Below, piece after piece: positions 1 to 13,300 of a DNA stretch of 64,000 nucleotides. The stretch comes from Mobula hypostoma (Eukaryota). The notes under the pieces were generated by a model. That model saw only the letters and a program-made list of their open reading frames with translations, did not search any database and was not told the DNA's origin. Position numbers and translations under genes: made by a program. The number at the start of each line of letters is the position of its first letter. The first letter of the stretch is position 1. The stretch lies in assembly GCF_963921235.1 (NCBI RefSeq), contig NC_086097.1, positions 172,176,001 to 172,240,000 on the forward strand. The letters run 5' to 3'.

Positions 1-430
1 CCAGAGGACTGGAAAGTGCAAATGTCACTTCAGTCAAAGTTATCAAAGTTCACGACATAAGCCAGTGATATTAAACCTGATTCTGATTCATCCTTCAAGA
101 AGGGAGGGAGGCAGAAGTAAGGAAAATATAGGCCAGTCAGTCTGACTTCAGTGTTTGGAAAGATGTTGGAGTCCGTTATTATGGAGGAGGTTTCAGGGTA
201 CTTGGAGGCACATCATAAAGTAGATTGAAGTCAACATGGTTTCCTTAAGGGGAAATCTTACCTGACAAATCTGTTGGAATTCTTTGAAGAAATAACAGGC
301 AGGAAAGACAAAAGAGAATCAGTGGATGTTGTTTACTTGGATTTTCAGAAGGCCTTTGACAAGGTGCCACACATGACATTGCTTAACAATATGAGAGCCC
401 ATGGTATTACAGGAAAGATTACCAGCAGAG
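1..430 (+). mobile_element. CR1-type LINE RT fragment
   Basis: EFFEEIT...VDVVYLDFQKAFDKVPH motif; degenerate. Confidence 0.85.
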
Positions 431-1512
431 ATGCTATTTGGCCTCATTCTCTCTCATATTCTTTGTTTGGAAATTGTCTCACAACCATTATCTCTGAAAC
501 GGAATAGAAAATAGTGCTCTGTCGTACATCTAAAAACACAGTAAGATTGGAGCTAAATTTTTGAAGCAGTTTTCAGCAAGCTAACATTTCTATATCATGT
601 TCCTAGCATATCTACTACATCCCAGAAAGAGGTAGTTCAGCCCAGCAGATCCATTCTGGCTCCGTATTAGAGGAACGATGTATTTCCATTTACATGTCCA
701 ATCTCCACAGCCCCAAGGTTTCCTTCCTGTCAAATACCTTTTCCAGCCTCCTTTGATACAGTAAAATTGAATGGGCTCCCTGCACTCCATCACAGCGTTG
801 CAGACACTAACCTCTTGCTCCATAATAAAAAAAATATCCTCTGGTTACTTTTGGTTCTTTTGCTACCAAAGGATAAATGTCTGGTCCATCATTTCAGTGG
901 TGCCTTTGAGATCTCACTGTGCAATAAAGTAGCCATGCTTCGTACAACAGTGGTATCACGATAGTATTCCAATGAAGTAACATAAAGTAAATACAAGTTT
1001 TATTTTCTACAATCAGACCCAGACTGGTGATAAACTAATGCGGTACTGCTTGAAGCTGTTACATTTTCATAATTTTATGAAGGAAGGAACATTTGCTCAG
1101 TAAGTATCTGGAAAGTGTCCAGGTGCTCTTGTATATGTCAATACTTTATAAGTCCAGTTTCACTCGACAGTATTGCTAGTAAAGCCTCTCCGACAATAAA
1201 CTTGGAAACCAGTTCAAAGCCCGACTGAAAATGCAATATAAATGCAATTTTTTTGCCAGCACTTGGTGCACACAGCACAGCTCGTGAGGTAAGCTGAAGA
1301 AAGTCCCAAATTTATTTTATTTGATTGGAGATGTCTTGATGTTAACTTTAATGAAACAAAGCTTGATACTATATTGAAATATGAAGAGGTTACCAATAGA
1401 TTTTAAGGAGAGTTAGAGACACAAGGCAATGCAGCTACTGGAGTCCCAAGGAAAAAGCAAGCTCTGCAGCTCAGACAGCATCTGTAGAGGGAAATGGACA
1501 GTCAAGGTTTTG

Positions 1513-2098
1513 TCACAGTCACACTTTATTGATCCCGGGGGAAATTGGTTTTCGTTACAGTTGCACAGAACCATAAGTAGTTAAATAGTAATATGTAAAT
1601 TATGCCAGTAGATTATGAAATAAGTCCAGGACCAGCCTATCGGCTCAGGGTGTCTGACCCTCCAAGGGAGGAGTTATAAAGTTTGATGGCCACAGGCAGG
1701 AATGGCTTCCTATGACGCTCTGTGTTGCATCTCGGAGGAATGAGTCTCTGGCTGAATGTACTCCTGTGCCCAACCAGTACATTATGTAGTGGATGGGAGA
1801 CATTGACCAAGATGGCATGCAACTTAGACAGCATCCTCTTTTCAGACACCACCGTGAGAGAGTCCAGTTCCATCCCCACAACATCACTGGCCTTACAAAT
1901 GAGCTTATTGATTCTGCTGGTGTCTGCTACCCTCAGCCTGCTGCCCCAGCACACAACAGCAAACATGATAGCACTGGCCACCACAGACTCGTAGAACATC
2001 CTCAGCATCGTCCGGCAGATGTTAAAGGACCTCAGTCTCCTCAGGAAATAGAGACGGCTCTGACCCTTCTTGTAGACAGCCTCAGTGTTCTTAGACCA
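1513..2098 (-). mobile_element. Rex1/Babar-type LINE 3' fragment
   Basis: ORF 1637-2008 FYESVVASAIMFAVVCWGS...RCNTERHRKPFLPVAIKLYN; AATAAA plus short repeat tail. Confidence 0.8.
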
Positions 2099-2239
2099 CT
2101 GCTAAGACCCTTCATCCAGAACCAGAATGTCAAATGCCCATTACTCTCTACAGATGCTGCCTAACCTGCTGAGTTTCTCAGGCAATTTTTTCTGTTCAGG
2201 GAGATTCTGGTAGAATGGGTAGCTAGGGGGCAGATGAAG

Positions 2240-3672
2240 ACCATAAGATGTAGGAGCAGAAGTGGGCCATTCAGCCCATTGAGTCTGCTCTGCCATTCAG
2301 TCATGGGCTGATCCAAGTCTTCCATTATTCCCACTCCACTGCTTTCACCCCAGACCCTTTTATGCCCTGGCTAATCAAGAACCTATCTATCTCTGCCTGA
2401 AATGCACCCAATGACTTGGCCTCTACAGCCACTCGTGGCAACAAATTCCACAGATTTACCACCCTCTGACTAAAGTAATTTTTCCGCATCTCAGTTCTAA
2501 AAGGACGTCCTTCAATCTTGAAGTCATGCCCTCTTGTCCTAGAATCCTCTACCATGGGAAATAACTTTGCCATATCTAATCTGTTCAGGGCTTTTAACAT
2601 TCGGAATGTTTCTATGAGAACCCCCCTCATTCTCCTGAACTCCAGGGAATACAGCCCAAGAGCTGCCAGACGTTCCTCATACAGTAATCCTTTCATTCCT
2701 GGAATCATTCTTGTGAATCTTCTCTGAACTCTTTGCAATGTCAGTATATCCTTTCTAAAATAAGGAACCCAAAACTGCACACAATACTCCAAGTGTGGTC
2801 TCACAAGTACCTTATAGAGCCTCAACATTACATCTCTGCTCTTACATTCTATACCTCTAGTAACAAATGCCAACATTTTATTCACCTTCTTCACAACCAA
2901 CTCAACCTGGACGTTAACCTTAAGGGTATCTTGCACAAGGACTCCCAAGTCCCTTTGCAGCTCTGCATTTTGAATTCTCCTCCCATCTAGATAATAGTCT
3001 ATTTATTTCTGCCACCAAAGTGCATGACCATACACTTTCCAACATTGTATTTCATTTGCCACTTCTTTACCCATTCCCCTAAACTATCTAAGTCTCTCTG
3101 CAGGCTCTCTGTTTCCACAACACTACCCGCTCCTCCACCTATCTTTGTATCATCGGCAAATTCAGCCACAATTTCATTAATACCTTAGTCCAAATCATCA
3201 ACATGCATCGTAAAAAGCAGCGGTCCCAACAATGACCCCGTGGAACTCCACTGGTAACCGGCAGCCAGAATAGGATCCCTTTATTCCCACTCTGTTTTCT
3301 GCCAACCAGCTAATACTCCACCCACGCTAGTAACTTTCCTGTAGTTCCATGGGCTCTTATCTTGCTAAGCAGCCTCATGTGTGGCACCTTGCCAAAGGCC
3401 TTCTGAAAATCCAAGTACACCACATCTACTACATCTCCTTTGTCTACCCTGCTCATAATTTCCTCAAAGAATTCCAGTAGGTTTGTCAGACAGGATTTTT
3501 CTTTCAGGAAACCATGCTGGCTTTGGCCTATCTTGTCATGTGCCTCCAGGTACTTCGTAATCTCATCCCTAACAGTGAATTCCAACAACTTCCCAACCAC
3601 TGACGTCAGGCTAACAGGTCTATAGTTTCCTTTCTGTTGCCTCCCACCCTTCTTAAATAGTGGAGTAACATG
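2240..3672 (-). mobile_element. CR1 LINE, 5'-truncated
   Basis: ORFs 3310-3714 (NYRPVSLTSVVGK, LDFQKAF) and 2325-2948 (LVRPHLEYCVQFW, FSQRVVNLWN); CR1 3' UTR. Confidence 0.9.
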
Positions 3673-4059
3673 AAATCTAATGCAGTGAAATGCAAAGTAC
3701 TTTGGTTGGAACAATATAAAACAAGAGCTTTAACTACAGAACATTTAAGGTAAATAAATACTTCCTCTCTCAGCCACACACTGCCTTCTCCTTATTCTGA
3801 GACTGTGACCTTTGTTTCCAGACAAGGGGGAAAACAAGAAGAGCCAGTCATTACGAAAGTGATAGATTCTGGACTTTATAAATAAACACGGAATAGAGAA
3901 GCAAGGAAGTCATGAAGAATCTTTGTAACTCACTGGTTTGGCCACAAATGGAGCATTTTGTGCAGTTCTGGCTGAAAGGTTTTAGCAAAGACCAAAGGCT
4001 CTGGAGAAGATGTAAAAGAAATTGACCCAAAAATATCCAGGAATTTTAGCCGTGTGGAT

Positions 4060-4856
4060 TTCTGATGGTACTGAAGTGTACAGGAGTGAAATACAGTAAA
4101 TTAGCTGAGTGAGTGATATTGCAACAACAAACTTGAATTCAACATCAGTAAGACCAAGAATTAAGGACTTCAGGAAGGGAAAGTAGAGAGAATACATACC
4201 TGTCCTCATTGAGGGATAAGCAATGGAAAGGGTGAGCAGCTTCAAGTTCTTGGGATTCAACAAATCAAAAGATTTACTATGGGCCAAATATATTGATGCA
4301 ATTATGAAAAAAGCACACCAGCGGCTATTTTTCATTAAGAGTTTGAGGAGAATTGGTATGTTACCAGAGACTCTACAGAATTTCTTTAGATGTACTATGG
4401 AGAGTATTCTGACTAGTATGGATGTGGCAGTGCAGAGGATCAGAAAAAGCTGCGGAGGGTCATAAACTCAGCCAGATTCATCATGTGCATTAGTCTCCCC
4501 ACCACCAAGAACATCTTTAATAGGCGATATCTGAAAAAGGTGGCATCCATTATTAAGTACCCTCACCACCCAGGACATGCCCTCTTCTCCTTACTATCAG
4601 CAGGAAGGAAGTACAGGAGACTGAAGACACACACTCAACATTTTAGGAACAGCTTTTTCCCCTCTGCCATCGTATTTCTGAACAAGCCATGAACCCATGG
4701 ACACTACCTCAATTTTTGTTCTATTTTTGCAGAGCTTATTTATTTTTAAATATATTTATTTTTGTAACTTGCAGTATTTTTTATGTATTACACTGTACTG
4801 CTGCTGAAAACAATACATTTCATATGTTAATGATAATAAACGTGATTCTGATTCTG
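4060..4856 (+). mobile_element. Rex1/Babar-type LINE 3' fragment
   Basis: ERVSSFKFLG, KKAHQRLFF and RNSFFPSA motifs; (GATTCT)n tail. Confidence 0.75.
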
Positions 4857-5049
4857 ACCAGAGAAGCTGATTGTAGTTACTCGATTATTACAATTATATG
4901 CAAGTCAGACCATCCAGAATATGATGTCACAGAAGGATAAAAAGATCAGCCCCACTACCCATCAACTTACTGAGCTGAAGCTCTGTAATGTCATCTCTTT
5001 CATGTGGCAAACTGACATGGTCTTTTTGATTCCTTTGCCATCTATCCTA

Positions 5050-5260
5050 TGCTGAGGGGCAATTACAGTGGCCAGTTAGCCACACACACACACACACACA
5101 CCCCCCAGTGGGAAGTGAGGAGAAACTGCACCAACCAGAGCAAACCCATGCACTCACAGGGAGAATGCACAAGATTTCACTTAAGCACCACCTAACCAAA
5201 ACACCTGGAAGTCTGTAGTAGTTGAGAGACAACAGTGATAACTGTCGTATCACTACACTG
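5050..5260 (-). mobile_element. V-domain (HE1-like) SINE, degenerate, with internal CA microsatellite
   Basis: Reverse complement resembles the V-SINE core TTCTCCCTGTG..TGCATGGGTTT. Confidence 0.5.
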
Positions 5261-6482
5261 CGCTGAGCCTTGGAACTAAGGAGGCTCTGAGAGGACCCAA
5301 TACAGGTAATAAGATTGAGAAGTGAATTAATGAAGTCATAGGTTTATACAACATGGAAACCGTCCCTCTGGCCCAACTCATCCATGCCAACCAAGATGTC
5401 TACCTGAACTAGTCCCATTTGTTCGTTATTGTCCCACTTTCCTCTAAACTTTTCCTACCTGTACAGTCCAATCGAGTGGAAAATGACACAAAACACCAAT
5501 TTGGGTCTCACCAATGATGTATAATCCCATTGTGGGGAAAATGACAACAAATTTCCCCTCTGGTTGGATGAGACTAGAACTATAGTTCATAGTTCATAGA
5601 TATAGGACAAAGGTGAACCATTTATGAGGAATCTAGGTAGGATCTTCTTCACTCCATGTAAAGAATGCGTGTGGAATGAGCAGCCAGCTGACGCAAGTTC
5701 ACTTGCAACATTTAGAGAAGTTTGGCTAGGTACATGGATTAGAAGGGAATGGAGGGTTATGGTCCGCGTACAGGTAGATAGGACTAGGCAGAAGATCAGG
5801 TTGGCATGAACTAGATGGTTCAAAGGGTCAGTTTTTGTGCTGTAGTCATTTATGACTATATGACTCTAAGAAGGGAAAGATGGCAAGGTGAATATCTTAA
5901 TTAGTGTCCAATTTTATTCTGTTGTTTTCCCAGCTCTATCCTTTTGTTCAGCCACAGTGAAGCTGGACATCAATAACATTCCACTGCCCAAACACCCATT
6001 CATGTAAGCAACATACCAAGCACTGGAGGAACAGCAGATAAAGCAGCATCTGTGGAGGGAAATGGACAGTCAATGTTTCAGATTGAGACTCCTCAGCTAA
6101 ATACATGTGATAGTGACCAAATTATCCAATCAAGAGTCTCAGCCTGAAATGTCGAATTTTTGTTTCCCTCCAGACACTTCCCAACTTGCTGAACTTCTCC
6201 AGCGCTTTGTATGTTGTTCTACGATTCAGCATCAGTAGTCCCCCGTGCATCCATCCAGCTGATCTTGCCAAATCCATTATTTCCCAATATCATCTTCCCC
6301 TTCCCGATCCCCGCACGGCATGAAGTCACAAGAATTGCTGCTGAACCCACTTGCCCATCATGCCGCTGCAGTGTTACAGAACACGACGGTTGAATCACAA
6401 TGTCTACTGCACCTGTTACCCCATCACACCACGCTCCTGACTTAAGACTCGCCTTTAAGAAGTGATTACAAAGGTCACAAAC

Positions 6483-6931
6483 CTGTCCAGGAAAACAAGC
6501 TGGCTCTCTGGCCCATAGAACCAGTTGTAGTTAGAGTCGGCGATGCCAACACTCCGCTGGAAGCCGGGCAGCAACGTGGCATAGTAAAACCAGAAGTGTT
6601 GCTTCAGCCAGGGGTTGCCAGTGTGGTTCAGGTTGAAGTGCCGCAGGGCCAAGAAGATGTACTGTGTGATGGACTTGGAAGTGTAGCTGCCGTAAGCCAC
6701 CCCTTCATCCAGCGACCCATCTACCACGTGGCTCAGGAGGAAGAGAGTCTTCTCCATGATGTCAATAGCGAACTGCTTGCAGAGCAAGGCTGCCTGCGTC
6801 TGGTGGGGAGTGAGCACCAAGGCTCCGGTCAGCAGGGCTAGAACATTGGTGGCCTGATGGTTGTGGAGGAAGTGCTTGCCCCATGCCCGGTACTTGGAGA
6901 ACTCATAGAGCTCCATAGTGACGTTGTTGAC
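6483..6931 (-). CDS. DSEL: Dermatan-sulfate epimerase-like gene, second coding exon
   Basis: Acceptor tttttttaag|GTC in phase 0, matching exon 1. Encodes [29 protein letters not shown]...[17 protein letters not shown]...[39 protein letters not shown]. Probable donor AG|GTTTGT at 6483/6482, which is less certain. No downstream exon was found in 1-6482. Confidence 0.9.
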
Positions 6932-7062
6932 CTTAAAAAAACAAACATGGAACAGGCAATCGTAAACACACGAGACACTCCAAATGCTGGAAATTTAGAA
7001 CAACAAACACAAAATGCTAGACGAACTCAGCAGGTTGGGTTGTATTTATGGAAGTGAATAAA

Positions 7063-7100
7063 CAGTCAACGTTTCGAGCTGAGACACTTCTTCAGGACTG
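7063..7100 (-). ncRNA. Minimal hammerhead ribozyme motif (Penelope terminal repeat)
   Basis: Minus strand CAGUC-CUGAAGA-A-GUGUCUCAGCUC-GAAA-CG-UU-GACUG; 5-bp stem I, intact core, mismatch in stem II. Confidence 0.6.
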
Positions 7101-7186
7101 GAAAAGAAAGGGGAAAACGGTGGGGGCGGGGAGGGCAGGAGGACAAGCTTGAAGGTGATAGGTGAAGCCAGGTGGGTGGGGGGCAT

Positions 7187-10100
7187 AAAACATAGGAGCC
7201 TAATTAGGTCACTCGGCCCATTGAGTTCTGTTCCACCATTCCATCATGGTTGATTCATTATCCCTTTCAATCCCATTCTCCTGCATTCTCCCAGTGACCA
7301 TTGACGCCCTGTCTAATCAAGAACCTATCAACCACCACTTTAAACATACTCAATGACATAGCCTCCACAGCCACCTGTGGCAATTCCTTCTTATTTCTGT
7401 TTTAAATTAACATCCCTCTATCCTGAGGCTTTGCGTTCAGGTCCTAGACTCATCCACTATACTCCCAACCTTTTTATGTCATGGACCAATTCCATTAAGC
7501 AAGGGGTCCATGGACTATAGGAAACATCCTCCCCACACCCATCCTATTCAGATCTTTCAATATCTGATAGGTTTCAATGAGATCCCCCTTCATTCTTCTA
7601 AACTCCAGCAAACACAGGCCCAGAGCCATCAAACACTCCTCATATGTTAATACTTTCATTCCCAGAATCATACTCATGAACCTCCTATGCAAGCACAACC
7701 TTTCTTAGATAAGGGGCCCAGAACTGCTCACAGTACTCAGTGCAGTCTAATGCCTCATAAAGCCTCAGCATTACATCCTTGCTTTAATATCCTAGTCCTC
7801 TTGAAATGAATGTTATCATTGCATTTGCCTTCCTAACAACTGACTCAACCCGTAAGTTAAACTTCAGGGAATCCTGTACAGGGATCCAAGTCATTTTGCT
7901 CCTCTGACTTTTGCTTTTCTCCCCGTTTAGAAAATCGTCTACCCCTTTAGTCCTTCTACCAATGTGCATTATCTATGCTATATTCCCTATGTTATATTCC
8001 ATCTGCCACTTCTTTGCCCATTCTCCCAATCTGTCTAAGTTCTTCTCCAGACTTCCTGCTTCCTCAAAACCACTTGACCCTCCACCTATCTTTGCATCAT
8101 CTACTTGGCCACAAATCAATCAATTCCATCATCCAAAACATTAACATACTATACAACATGAAAGGAAGCAGTCCCAACATCAACTCCAGTGGAAAACCAC
8201 TAGTCACTGGCAGCTAACCAGAAAAGTCCCTCTTTATTCTCACACTTTGCCTCCTGCCAATCAGCTGATCTTCTATCCTTGCTGGTGTTTTCCTTTCCAT
8301 ACCATTGGTTCTTATCTTGTTGGGCTGCCTCATGTGTGGGACATTGCCAAAGGCCATCTGAAAATCCAAGTAAAAAACATCCACTGACTCTCCTTTTGCC
8401 TGTTATTTCCTCAAAGAATTCCAACAGATTTGCCAGAAAGATTTCCCTTAAGGAACCCATGCTGGCTTTGGCCTATTTTATCATGTGCCTCCAAGTACCC
8501 CGAAACCTCATTCTTATTATGGACTCCAACATCTTCCCAACCAGTCAAGCTAACTGGTCTATAGTTTTCTTTCTTCTGCCTCCCACCCTTCTTAAAGAGT
8601 GGAGTGACATTTGCAATTTTCTGGTCCTCCAGAACCATTCCAGGATCTTGTGGTCCTTGAAATATCATTACTGATGCCTCCACACTCTCTTCAGCTACCT
8701 CTTTCAGGACCTGGGGTGTAAGATCATATGGTCCAGTTGACTTAACTACCCAATTTTTAGCTTCCCAAGCACTTTCTCCCTAGTGTAGCAACTAAGCTAA
8801 CTTCCGCTCCCTGACACCCTCGAACTTCCGGCATACTGCTAATGTCTTCCACAGTGAAAACTGATGCATAATACTTATTACATTCATTTGCCATTTCTTT
8901 GCACCCCCCACCCCCATTACTTCCTATCCAATGTCAATGTCCTATCCGGTCCAATATTGATTCTCAGCTCTCTTCTACTCTTTACATAATTGAAAAAAAC
9001 TATTGATGTCCTCTTTTATATTATTGGCCTGCTTACCTCCATATTTCTTTTCTCTCCTTATGGTTTTTGAAAAGCTTCCCAATCCTCTAACACCCCACTA
9101 ATTTTTATTCTATTATATGCCCCTCCTTTACTTTTATGCTCTCTTTGACTTCTCTTGTCAGCCACGATTGCCTAATCTCCCTTTAGAAAACATTTTTGGA
9201 ATACATCTTTGGAATGAATCTTTCCTATGCTTTCTGAATTGCTCCCAGAAACTGCAACCATTGTTGTTCTGCCATCACCCCTGTTAGTGTCCCTTACAGT
9301 CAACTTCGTCCAACTCTTCTCTTGTGCCTCTGTAATTACCTTGACTCCACATGAAGTATTGATACTCCTGACTTTATCTTCTCCCTCTCGAACTGCAGGG
9401 TTAATTATACCACATAATGATCACTGCCTCCTAACGGTTCTTTTACCTTAAGCTGCCTTTCCCCTAGTGGGCTCAACCTCAGGCTACTCTAGGCATTCTA
9501 TAAATTCCCTCTCTTGGTATCCAGCACCAACCTAATTCTCCCAATCTACCTGCATATTGAAATCCCCATGACTATCGCAACATTACCCTTTTGATGGGGT
9601 TCTCTTAACTTCTGTTGTAATTTGTATCCCATATCCTGGCTACAAATTGGAGGCTGGTATACAACTCCCAACAGGGTCTCTTTATCCTTGCAGTTTCTTA
9701 ACTCTACCCACAAAGATTCTACATCTTCCGATCTTATGTCATCTCTTTCTAAGGACTTGATTTCATTTTTTACCAACAGAGTCACCCCACCCCAATCTGA
9801 CAACCTGCCTATCTTTTCCATACAAGATGTATCCTTGGATGTTAAGCTCCAAACTTTGATTTTTCAACCATGACTCAGTGATGCTTGCAACATTATACCT
9901 GCCAATCTCTAGTTGCGCTTCAAAATCATCTGCCTTATTCCATATACTGCATGCTTTCAAATATAACAGCTTCAGTCCAGTGTTCAGTCCTCACAGTCTC
10001 ACTACTCATTGCATCTACTTGTATAACAATTGCCCTTTCCTCAGCTCTATTGCTCCATTTCCCATCTCCCTGTCAAATTAGTTTAAACCCTCCCCATTAA

Positions 10101-10372
10101 CTCTAGCAAACATACCCACAAGGGTACTGGTCCCCTTAGGTTCCTGCCCTTTTCGTAAAGATCACACCTTCTCCAGAAGAGATCTCAATGATCTGAAGAC
10201 CTGCCTTCTGCACCAATCCATCAGCCACGCATTCATCCGCCAAATCCTATCCTTGCCCTCACTGGCACATGGAAGCAATCCAGAGACTATTACCCTGGAG
10301 GTCGTGCTTTTCAGCTTTCTACTTAACTCCCTACATTCTTTCATCAGGAACTCCTCTCTTTTCTTACCTTTG
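7187..10372 (-). mobile_element. Degenerate near-full-length CR1 LINE nested in the Penelope arm
   Basis: ORF1 esterase-like remnant (VIVSGLLP..NAWL.DWCRR), endonuclease remnant (ITESWL, ESLWVELRN) and RT remnants in the expected order. Confidence 0.8.
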
Positions 10373-13300
10373 TTGGAGTAAGAAGCTGGGAGGTGATAAA
10401 TTGAAAAGGCAAAGGGCTGGAAAAGAACGGATCTGTTAGGAAATGAGAGGGGGTCATGGGAATAAAGGAAGGAGGAGGGGCACCAGGGGGAGGTGATACA
10501 CAGGTGAGGAGAAGAGGAAAGAAGGCAGAGTGGGGAAAATGAAGGAGCAGGTAGGGGAAGGGAAAAAAAAGTTACCAGAAGTTGAATACATAAATATTAA
10601 CGTCATCATGTTGGAGACCACCTAGATGGAATATGAGATGTTGCTCCTGAGAGTGGCCTCATTGTGGCCGAAGGAAACTGACATGTTGGAAGGGAAATGG
10701 GGATATGAATTGAAATGGTTCTCCATCAGGAAATACCACATTTTGCAGATGGAGCTGAGGTGCTCCACAAAGCAGTCTGCCAATCTACGTCAGGTCGCAC
10801 CAATGTAGAGGAGACTGCACTGGGAGCGCCAAGTACAGTGGACAGCCCCATTGATGCTGCCTTCCCCAGCACCTCCTCCATTTTCCAAACATCCGCACTC
10901 ACCACATCTTCCTCCACCTTAAGAGGGTTAGAGTTCCTCCTGTCTTCATCTACCACCCCATGAACCTCCACATCCAACACAGCATTCTCCACAATTTCCA
11001 CCATGTGCAATGGGACCCTACCACCAGACACATCTTTACCTTCTGCCCAGATTACTCTCTCCATGATTTCCTTGTCCATTCATCCCTCCCCACCAATCTC
11101 CCTATAAGCAGCAGATGTGCTACACGTGCCCATTCACCTCCTCGCTCACCTCCATTTAGGTCAAACAGTCCTCTCAGGTGAGGCAACACTTCACATGTGA
11201 ATCTGTTGGGGGTTGTCTACTGTATCCAGTTCTCCTGATAGAGCCTCCTTTATATTGGTAAGACCTGACGTAGACTGGGGACTGCTTTGATGAGCACCTT
11301 CACTCCATCCACAAAAAGCAGAATTTCTCGGTGGACAACCACTTCAATTCCTATCCCTATTCCTAATCCGACATATCGGTCCATGGCCTCCTCCTTCAGC
11401 AATGATGAAGCCTCACCCAGGTTGGAGGAGCAACATCTCATTCTCTGTCTGGGTTGCCTCCAACCTGATGGCAGGAACATTGATTTCTTCCCCTCCCCCT
11501 TCTTCATTTCCCCAGTCTGGCCTCTTACATCTTCTCCTCACCTGTCTATCACCTCTTTCTGATGCCCTTCCCCTTCTCTTTCTTCCATGAACCACTATCC
11601 TCTCCTATCAGATCCTTTCTTCTCCAGCCCTTTGCCTTTTCTACTTGTCACCTCCCAGCTTCCGACTTCATGCCCCCTCCTCCACCCCTGCCTTCACTGA
11701 TCACCTTTCAGCTTGTCTTCCTCCCCCTCCCGCCAGCTTCTTATTCTTTCCAGTCCTGATGAAGCGTCTCGGCCCGAAACAGCGACTGTTTATTCATTTC
11801 CATAGATGCTGCCTGGCCAGCTGAGTTCCTCCAGCATTGTGCGTGTGTTGCTAAACATAGAACAGGGACATTTCCTTCAGTCAATGATGGCTGCAGTAAA
11901 GTTAGTGCTAAATTAAACTAAAGCCATCTGCCTGGGCACATGATCCATATCTCTCTATTCCCTTTATATTCATGTACCTATCTAAGAGACTTCCAGATGA
12001 CAGTCTCATATCTTCTTCCATCACCAGCCCCGGCTGTGCATCCCAGGCACCCATGCACAGAAAACCTGCCCTGCACATCTCGCAGAGTCACACAGCATGG
12101 AAAGCGGAATGTTGGCCCAACATGTCCATGCCAGCCTACGCTACTCCCACTGGCCCACGTTTGACCCATCTCCCTCTAAGCCTTTCCTATTGATGTGTTG
12201 ATGAAAGTTATTGTGCCAAACACCTTCTTCACCAGCCCAGCTACCCGTGGTACCACTTTAATCTTTCCTCCTCTCACCTTAAATGCCTGTCCTGTGGTGT
12301 TTGATGTTCCTAAACTGGGGAACAAGATTCTGATTGTCTACCTTATTGCTGTCTCTCATTTTTTAATAAAAGCTCTGTCAGGCCTCATGCAAACCAATCT
12401 CCCCTCCACTGATTCTGTCTACAGTTCCCCCACCTCAAGAAAGCAGCCACCATAATCAAAGAACACTCCCACCCCAGTCGTTCTCTCTTCTCCCTGCTAT
12501 TGGGTAAAAGATGCAAAAGCCCAAAAATATGAATCACCAAACCCAACAACAGCTTTTATCCTGTTATAAACTGACTCCTCACATGATACAAGACAAGCTA
12601 TTGATCTCCTCGTTTAACTAGTCATGGTTCTTGCATTTTATTTGTCTATCTTCACTGCATTGCACTTTCTCCGTAACCCCAACCTATTTTCTGCACGATT
12701 CTGCAGATGCTGGAAATCCAGAGCAACACACACAAAATACTGGAGGAAGTCCGCAGTTCCGGCAGCATCTATGGAAATGAATAAACAGTCGATGTTTCAG
12801 CCAACATCCTACATCAGGACATTCTGATTTCTTATGTCTAGAATGATTCATCCTGGGTGACATGCAAATCAAAAGTTTTTCCACTCTATCTGTGACAATA
12901 GTAAACAATACCATCTTGCCCAGCACATCAGAGGGTCCCAAGTTTAAGGGGAAGGAAGGTGAGGGGCAGCATTTTTACCTGGAGGTGATCTGTATATGGA
13001 AGAAGCTGCCAGGGGAAATGGTTGTGGCAGATGCATTAACATTTAATCAATACTTGACCAGGTACAGTATTTCGATAATAAAAGTCTATGTGGATATGAG
13101 CCAAACATGAGCATATAGGACTGGCTTAAGCAGGCATTTTGATCGGCATGGACCAGTTAGGTCAAATGTTAGTTTCCGTGCTGTGTGACTCTATCCAGGA
13201 CATGCCCTCTATTTAATACTGCCAACAGAGTTTAAAAACCCACCTTTAACAATTCAGAAACAGCTTCTTCCCCTCCACCATCAGATTTGTGAATGGCCCA

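Larger units (their letters stand above)
6957..11852. mobile_element. Fold-back Penelope-like insertion (minus arm 6957-7185 plus 10375-10850; plus arm 10851-11852) with a nested CR1
   Basis: GIY-YIG C-terminal peptides (RLEEQHLI..LG.LQPDG.NIDF) on the plus arm; terminal repeat sequence at both ends in opposite orientation; flanking direct repeats aaacatggaacagg (6943-6956) and aaacatagaacagg (11853-11866). Confidence 0.75.

Noticed and set aside
590..1400. Short ORFs and splice-like sites in a non-repeat stretch
   Set aside because: No recognisable protein similarity or consistent exon phase
1..6482. Third DSEL-like exon (expected NG.GNWLA-type motif)
   Set aside because: Not found in the non-repeat stretches I translated; presumably beyond the window start, though a small exon could have been missed
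11751..11788. Hammerhead copy with CUGAUGA core as an active ribozyme
   Set aside because: GAAAC is followed by AGC, so the conserved U of the cleavage triplet is lost; copies near 12800, 22330, 34120 and 39690 also have core mutations
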